Origin: an uncultured archaeon
Lineage (GTDB): Archaea; Asgardarchaeota; Thorarchaeia; Thorarchaeales; Thorarchaeaceae
Length of the DNA stretch: 64,000 nucleotides
Assembly: GCA_964610875.1 (NCBI GenBank)
Contig: CAZSWP010000007.1
Coordinates: 1-64,000, forward strand
Direction of reading: 5' to 3'
The notes under the pieces were generated by a model, which saw only the letters and a list, made by a program, of their open reading frames with translations, had not been told where the DNA came from and did no database searches. A program made the translations under genes and the position numbers. This document shows, one piece after another, positions 58,823 to 64,000 of this stretch (positions within the stretch are counted from its first letter, which is position 1; the number at the start of each line of letters is the position of its first letter).

Positions 58823-60202
58823 CTAGATAGTAGCTGCAGTGATTCTGCAATCCCTAATTCTTATTGTAGGAATGAATGTTGGAGTCGTTACTTCCCACCA
58901 ATAGACTTGTTTTCTATCATTTGCCATTGCATCAATATTAGCAAACATGCGCATCAGATTATCACTTATCCGGATGTTCTTAATTGGTTTCTTCTCTCCA
59001 TTTTCAATCAGAAACATCGCATCCCTCGGAATTGTTGAAAAATCACCTGTGATATAATTCTGGAATCTTGTGTACCAGTTACTTGTCACATAAATCGTTG
59101 GACGATTGGTTTCCATAATTTCATCAACATTATGGTCCCCATTATTGAATACAATATTAGTCGAGCATGGAAGAAGCATTTGCAAACCAGAACCGAGACT
59201 AAGATTTGTAGAACTTCCAGTTGTATTTGTTTCATATATTGTTGCAGAGGAAGTGTTGTGCAGAAAAGACCTTAGAACACCATTCTGAATGATTTCTGTG
59301 ACCCTAGTAGGTGTCCCCTCGAAATCGAATGGTCTATCTGCTAATCCATTTGGAATCCAAGGATTATCTGCAACATTTACGAAATCTGGTGCTATTTGTT
59401 CTCCTATCTTATCTCCAAGTGGTGATAAACCTATCATAATCCAGAATGGATTTGCACTATTTGGAATTCCACCAATTACGTTAGCTGCTACTGTTGGAGT
59501 GAGGATAAGATCATAAGTGCCAGGCTCTCCCTGCTTTGCACCAATTGCTTGTCGTGAGAGTTTTCCTGCAATTCTTCCTGCCTCTACCATTGTTGCTTCA
59601 GCTTCAGAAGGTTTGGTACCACAGTCTATGCCCTGACCAGAATAATCTAATTCGTCTTGGAAAGCTCGTACATTCAAATCGTATGATGTCTTTTTAAAAT
59701 CGCCAGTAGGGCCAAGACTAGATTTGAAATATGTCCATTCCTTGGAAAATTTCATAGCTCCTGCAACACGCTTAGCTCCTTCTTGTACTGCCGCATCTAT
59801 TGCTGTATTAATAATCCGAGGTGCCTTTTCTGTAAACCCATCTATTTTGGAGTCGTAATTGACACTCAGGTCACGGTATTCTGACTTCTCTTCTTCCACA
59901 CCTGTATAGAACATAGACTCGGGAAGTTTCTTTGTGAAAGCAATCGTGTCATCAACAGCGGATTTCATCTCATCCATATTAGATACTGATCTCTCACTGA
60001 AACCTGTCTTACTTCCCTCCATTACAACAAATAGAATCAATCTTAGTTGTTCCCATCTCTTGCTGATATCTATTGAACTCTGCGAGAATCTTATTTGACT
60101 ACCAGAGGATAATATTCCCTTTGCGATTAATGAGTCACACTTCTCACTGCCATAGTCAAGAGCGCTATCTACGATCTCCTTAGTATGTTCAATAGGATAC
60201 AT
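58823..60202 (-). CDS. pmbA: TldE/PmbA protein
   Basis: PFDFEGTP, IIQNGVL, TGDFS; no HExxxH; TAATG-coupled to tldD. Confidence 0.85.
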   Translation of the reverse strand: MYPIEHTKEIVDSALDYGSEKCDSLIAKGILSSGSQIRFSQSSIDISKRWEQLRLILFVVMEGSKTGFSERSVSNMDEMKSAVDDTIAFTKKLPESMFYTGVEEEKSEYRDLSVNYDSKIDGFTEKAPRIINTAIDAAVQEGAKRVAGAMKFSKEWTYFKSSLGPTGDFKKTSYDLNVRAFQDELDYSGQGIDCGTKPSEAEATMVEAGRIAGKLSRQAIGAKQGEPGTYDLILTPTVAANVIGGIPNSANPFWIMIGLSPLGDKIGEQIAPDFVNVADNPWIPNGLADRPFDFEGTPTRVTEIIQNGVLRSFLHNTSSATIYETNTTGSSTNLSLGSGLQMLLPCSTNIVFNNGDHNVDEIMETNRPTIYVTSNWYTRFQNYITGDFSTIPRDAMFLIENGEKKPIKNIRISDNLMRMFANIDAMANDRKQVYWWEVTTPTFIPTIRIRDCRITAATI

Positions 60203-61638
60203 TAACCGACACCTCCGAGTCGAATTTCACGGAATCGGATTTCTCCACCTCCAGCATATACTGGAATTCCCTGTCCTGGATCGCTTTTGCCACATGTCCC
60301 TGGAAAATCAAAGCTAAAGTTCTTTGATACTGCATCCACGGATGATAGCAATCCTACACTTGTTGTTTCCATGACTGGTCTGCTCACCATAGTATCAGTA
60401 AGTTCACCATGTGTGATGAGATATGCTTCACAGCCAGTATATTTTGATTGGTATCTTCGATCATCAATATTCCACTCTGTGAAACTTCTCATATAGACAC
60501 CAAGCTTTACATCCTCAATGAGTTCTTCAAATGAATGGTCGCCCGCTGCAAAGTATGTATTTGCCATTCTGATAATGGGCTCGCGATTGTATGCAGTAGA
60601 CCTAGCTGCTCCATTGGATTCCATTTCAAAACGAGCACCAAACTCTCTATTGAGTAAGGGTTCATGGATTATACCATTTTTTATGAGAATCCGATTTCTG
60701 CTTTTCACACCTTCATCGTCGTATGCATAGAAACCTGCAGTATTATCAATAGATGGGTCATCACATACTGTTACTGCATCAGAACCGACTCTACTCTCTC
60801 CAATCTTTAGATCCCTCCAGAAACTCTCACCAGCTTGCGCTCCTTCTCTACCCATAATTCGATCCCCCTCAGAAGGATGACCTACATTCTCATGAGCAAT
60901 GATGCCAGCAACTTCTGGACCTACAATCATGTCAATTGGTCTATCCATAAGATCTTGAACTTTCTCGGCTTCGTTTGCTGCACGTTTAAGCATTGCAACT
61001 TCATGCTCTAGTGTTTCGATTACCTTACCTTCCTTAATGCGCTCCCAACCACCAGCTTGAGTTTGGTCGAACATCTTCTGTTCAGAACCTTTAGCTCCTT
61101 TTGCAGTTAAAAGGGAGAAAATACTCAAGTATGATAAATTTCCATTGATTTCAGAGCCTTCACTATTCACGAAATATTTATTGATCTCAATAGGATTAAA
61201 CATGACCGTATATGACGCAAGACCTTCCATCACTGTATTCATTTCATCCACTGTTTCCATAATGGTATCAGTATCAATTTCGGAAAGTGGTTGCTTAATC
61301 GTAACACTCCAATTTGCTTCATTACTTACAGGCTTTCCAAAGTCTATTGGTTTCTTTCGCCTAGAGGCTTTTGCCATTCTATAAGCGGCATCTATAGCTT
61401 CTTTCGCTAATTCTCTACTAAGACGATCAAATGAAGCAAAACCCAAATTACCGTCAGTAAGGATTCGAACACCAATTCCTTCGGAAGGTTCCTTCCCCCC
61501 TGAAATTGGTTGTCCATTTCGGTAAGCAAGTCCTCTTGCGTTTTCCTGCATATATCGCGCTTCAACATATGAACCACCAATTTTCTGTCCGTAGTCAATG
61601 CAAAAATTAGCAAGGTCTTTTCCACTGGTCAATTTCAT
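60202..61638 (-). CDS. tldD: TldD metalloprotease
   Basis: HENVGHPSEGD, DDEG, RMANT, CGKSDPGQ. Confidence 0.92.
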   Translation of the reverse strand: MKLTSGKDLANFCIDYGQKIGGSYVEARYMQENARGLAYRNGQPISGGKEPSEGIGVRILTDGNLGFASFDRLSRELAKEAIDAAYRMAKASRRKKPIDFGKPVSNEANWSVTIKQPLSEIDTDTIMETVDEMNTVMEGLASYTVMFNPIEINKYFVNSEGSEINGNLSYLSIFSLLTAKGAKGSEQKMFDQTQAGGWERIKEGKVIETLEHEVAMLKRAANEAEKVQDLMDRPIDMIVGPEVAGIIAHENVGHPSEGDRIMGREGAQAGESFWRDLKIGESRVGSDAVTVCDDPSIDNTAGFYAYDDEGVKSRNRILIKNGIIHEPLLNREFGARFEMESNGAARSTAYNREPIIRMANTYFAAGDHSFEELIEDVKLGVYMRSFTEWNIDDRRYQSKYTGCEAYLITHGELTDTMVSRPVMETTSVGLLSSVDAVSKNFSFDFPGTCGKSDPGQGIPVYAGGGEIRFREIRLGGVG

Positions 61639-61762
61639 GCCTCAGATATTTTCAATTTCTACTATAACTTAAACACTCCGAATTATACTAACATACCTTC
61701 ATATGCAACCATTCTCAGTCACTTTCATTGAATTTAGCCTATATCGGAAAATTTGACCGGAG

Positions 61763-63100
61763 ATGGATTTTTTGAGTATTAAAGAACAGCATATAAGGAA
61801 GAAATGGATTGCAGTGATACTCTTCCTCCTCGTAGATATAGCACAGATTTTTTTTGTATCAATCCTTACACTCGATGAGAGCTCTCCATATGTCATAGGG
61901 ATTGATCTTCTTCAGACCAATGCTCTAGTATCAGTTGGAGTTTTCTTCAGTATTCTTATTTTCCAAATCTTTCTAATATTCTTTACAATTACTACAATGC
62001 TCAATCAGAAAGGTATGCAGCAAATCTATCCTGAGATGCGTAAAGACGAAGCTTGGCGATGCCAATATTCACGTGAGCAAATTGTTGAATGGACTCTTGA
62101 ATTAGCAAAGAAAAGCAATGCGCGAGTTGATAGAGTATACGTAATGAAAACACCACTTCCAAATGCATTCACTTTTAGCCTTCCACCTTTTGGTTCAATA
62201 GTGGTCTTGTTTACCAATCTTCTAGATCTCTTATCACCAGAAGAAGTGAAATCTATAATCACTCACGAAATAGGTCACATTAAAAACCATGATTCATTTA
62301 CGTCTATGATAAATCGCCTTCCCAGCTTTTTCATTGATGCTATCTATCTCTATATTTATGTCCGTGTTGGAGTAGCAGCGCTATCAGCAATTCTAGTTTC
62401 ATTTGATATCTTCTGGTTCCTAATTCGACTTGGTGTTCTAGCAGCCTTTTTTGCACTCTCAAGAATCTTCACATTTGTTTCAGCATTATTCGCCCAAAAG
62501 GCATCAAGAGAAGCTGAGATTTTAGCAGATTATCATGCGGCTAATGTTGTAGGAACAGAACCAACAATAAATGCACTATTGCGATTAGGTCAGAGAATCG
62601 AAGCTGTAACTGCCCTCATTGATGAGATAAGATGGCTTGAGTCATTGAACCCCGAACGAATGAATCCAATAAATAATGCCGAGCTTAATTATATGATTCT
62701 CAACTATCCTCTTGATAGTATTGATGATGACAATGCTCGAGAAATGGCTCCATGGGTCTTTCTTTACACTCGACTTAAACATATGAGAGATGTATATGGG
62801 ATAGAGTTGTCGGACAAAGAAATCATCAGTATTATTGAACCTGCAGTGGACAAGCTAGCAGAGAAAAGAAATGAGAAAAATGATGAGTCTGAAGTGAAAC
62901 GCACCCTCGACTGGAGATTAGTTGATATTGATGAGGACCGTCGTCTTTCCAGCGAAGAGATAAATGAACTAGTGACGTTGTTAAGAAAAAATCCAAAGAA
63001 GCTTATGTTTGATTCTGAAATTGGGAAGAATATTTTGATGCTCGATCATCCTGATTTTAGACGACGTGTACTATTCTTGGCTGATGCTTTCGGATTATGA
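61763..63100 (+). CDS. M48 (HtpX/Ste24-like) zinc metalloprotease with EF-hand-like insertion
   Basis: PNAF, HEIGH, SREAEILAD, terminal HP...R; DIDEDRRLSSEE loop. Confidence 0.88.
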   Translation: MDFLSIKEQHIRKKWIAVILFLLVDIAQIFFVSILTLDESSPYVIGIDLLQTNALVSVGVFFSILIFQIFLIFFTITTMLNQKGMQQIYPEMRKDEAWRCQYSREQIVEWTLELAKKSNARVDRVYVMKTPLPNAFTFSLPPFGSIVVLFTNLLDLLSPEEVKSIITHEIGHIKNHDSFTSMINRLPSFFIDAIYLYIYVRVGVAALSAILVSFDIFWFLIRLGVLAAFFALSRIFTFVSALFAQKASREAEILADYHAANVVGTEPTINALLRLGQRIEAVTALIDEIRWLESLNPERMNPINNAELNYMILNYPLDSIDDDNAREMAPWVFLYTRLKHMRDVYGIELSDKEIISIIEPAVDKLAEKRNEKNDESEVKRTLDWRLVDIDEDRRLSSEEINELVTLLRKNPKKLMFDSEIGKNILMLDHPDFRRRVLFLADAFGL

Positions 63101-64000
63101 AATTTCAATAATAGTGTCTGTTTCATTATCGTGATAGCATGATGTTTCTCCACCCATCACAGCAGTTCCGCCTTCTGCATAACACAGTCCTCGAAATGCT
63201 GAGATGAACATAGCAACTAGCACAAATGCACTGAATAACCAGATAGCTGATTGAACTGAAGTAGAATATGCTTGGACAAACGCGGGACCCGAACCAATAT
63301 TTCCTGGATTGAATAATAGCATCAGGTATGTGAAAGTAGCAGTTACTGCAGCGATTCCTACAGAGAATCCTGTGGTTCGAGAGATATTTATCAGTGCACT
63401 GACCACACCCATGTACTGTTTTGGTGCTGCGGTCATTATGAAATTCCCATTAGATACTGAGAAGAATGAGATTCCAAAACCCATTACAACAATGCTTCCC
63501 AACATGAGAGGAATATTGGGAATTGATAATCCCAATAGGATAAGACCAATTGCTTCAATCAAGAGTCCAATCACTGTTTGTGTTCTTGCTCGTATCCTCT
63601 CAGATACATACCCTGCAAGTGGTCCAACAATGGATATTGTAACAGGATGTGCCATCAGGAATAATCCGGTAATGGATTGAGAGTAACCTAACGCTTCTTG
63701 TAGATAGAACGGTATCAAAAAAGTCACAGGCACAATTCCAATGTATGCAAAGAATGCAGAGAATATACTAGCGGAGATTCTTCTATCCGCCATGACACCA
63801 GTTGGTATTATTGGTGATGAGAAACGCTTCTCTCTAAATATTAATGCGATAAATGAAAATACTGTGATTCCTACTAGTATGATGGTTTCAATTAGGAATG
63901 CACTAGTAGCTATGGAAACATAATAGATTAACACTAGTAGGAAAACTAGAAATAAAAAAGCACCAATGTTATCGAATTTTGTTTCTTTGATTTTGTTAGT
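63095..64000 (-). CDS. MFS transporter (DHA2-like), 5' end outside window
   Basis: PFYLQ, GYSQSITGL, GYVSERI, GVVSAL...R..G; frame open to window edge. Confidence 0.85.
   Translation of the reverse strand, partial: TNKIKETKFDNIGAFLFLVFLLVLIYYVSIATSAFLIETIILVGITVFSFIALIFREKRFSSPIIPTGVMADRRISASIFSAFFAYIGIVPVTFLIPFYLQEALGYSQSITGLFLMAHPVTISIVGPLAGYVSERIRARTQTVIGLLIEAIGLILLGLSIPNIPLMLGSIVVMGFGISFFSVSNGNFIMTAAPKQYMGVVSALINISRTTGFSVGIAAVTATFTYLMLLFNPGNIGSGPAFVQAYSTSVQSAIWLFSAFVLVAMFISAFRGLCYAEGGTAVMGGETSCYHDNETDTIIEIS

Noticed and set aside
1-64000. CRISPR arrays, IS elements, integrases, rRNA/tRNA, and the many short antisense ORFs in the track
   Set aside because: No spaced direct repeats, terminal inverted repeats or recombinase/transposase motifs seen; short ORFs lie opposite well-supported genes and are treated as shadows.

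Overview
Gene-dense, AT-rich archaeal chromosomal segment, most likely from an Asgard archaeon (Thorarchaeia-like). This is inferred from two roadblock/LC7 genes (one a tandem fusion), a Rab-like small GTPase with a DLGGQ G3 box, archaeal DUF99/COG2521 genes, sequon-rich membrane-anchored binding proteins and frequent SD-led TTG starts. No rRNA, tRNA, CRISPR array, integrase or transposase was recognised. The content is dominated by peptide uptake and proteolysis: a Dpp/Opp ABC system, two orphan Dpp-type ATPases, and S8, CPBP, C25, S45, M20, TldD/PmbA and M48 peptidases plus an amidohydrolase. It also carries redox/O2 defence genes (FprA, two rubredoxins missed by the ORF track, thioredoxin, two dodecins, a DUF362 Fe-S protein) and central metabolism genes (glmS, bacterial-type gap, serB-like, two divergent transcarbamylases). 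The most notable candidates for undescribed biology are: (1) a prodomain-less, membrane-anchored subtilase with a SKI-1/site-1-protease-like C-terminal domain, head-to-head with an intramembrane CPBP protease and next to a roadblock gene; (2) a signal-less gingipain/caspase-clan (C25) protease; (3) an M48 protease with an EF-hand-like loop inserted in its catalytic domain; (4) two structured, ORF-poor intergenic regions that may be ncRNAs; (5) a pair of orphan ABC ATPases, one with degenerate catalytic motifs. All family calls come from motif recognition by eye; no database search was run.
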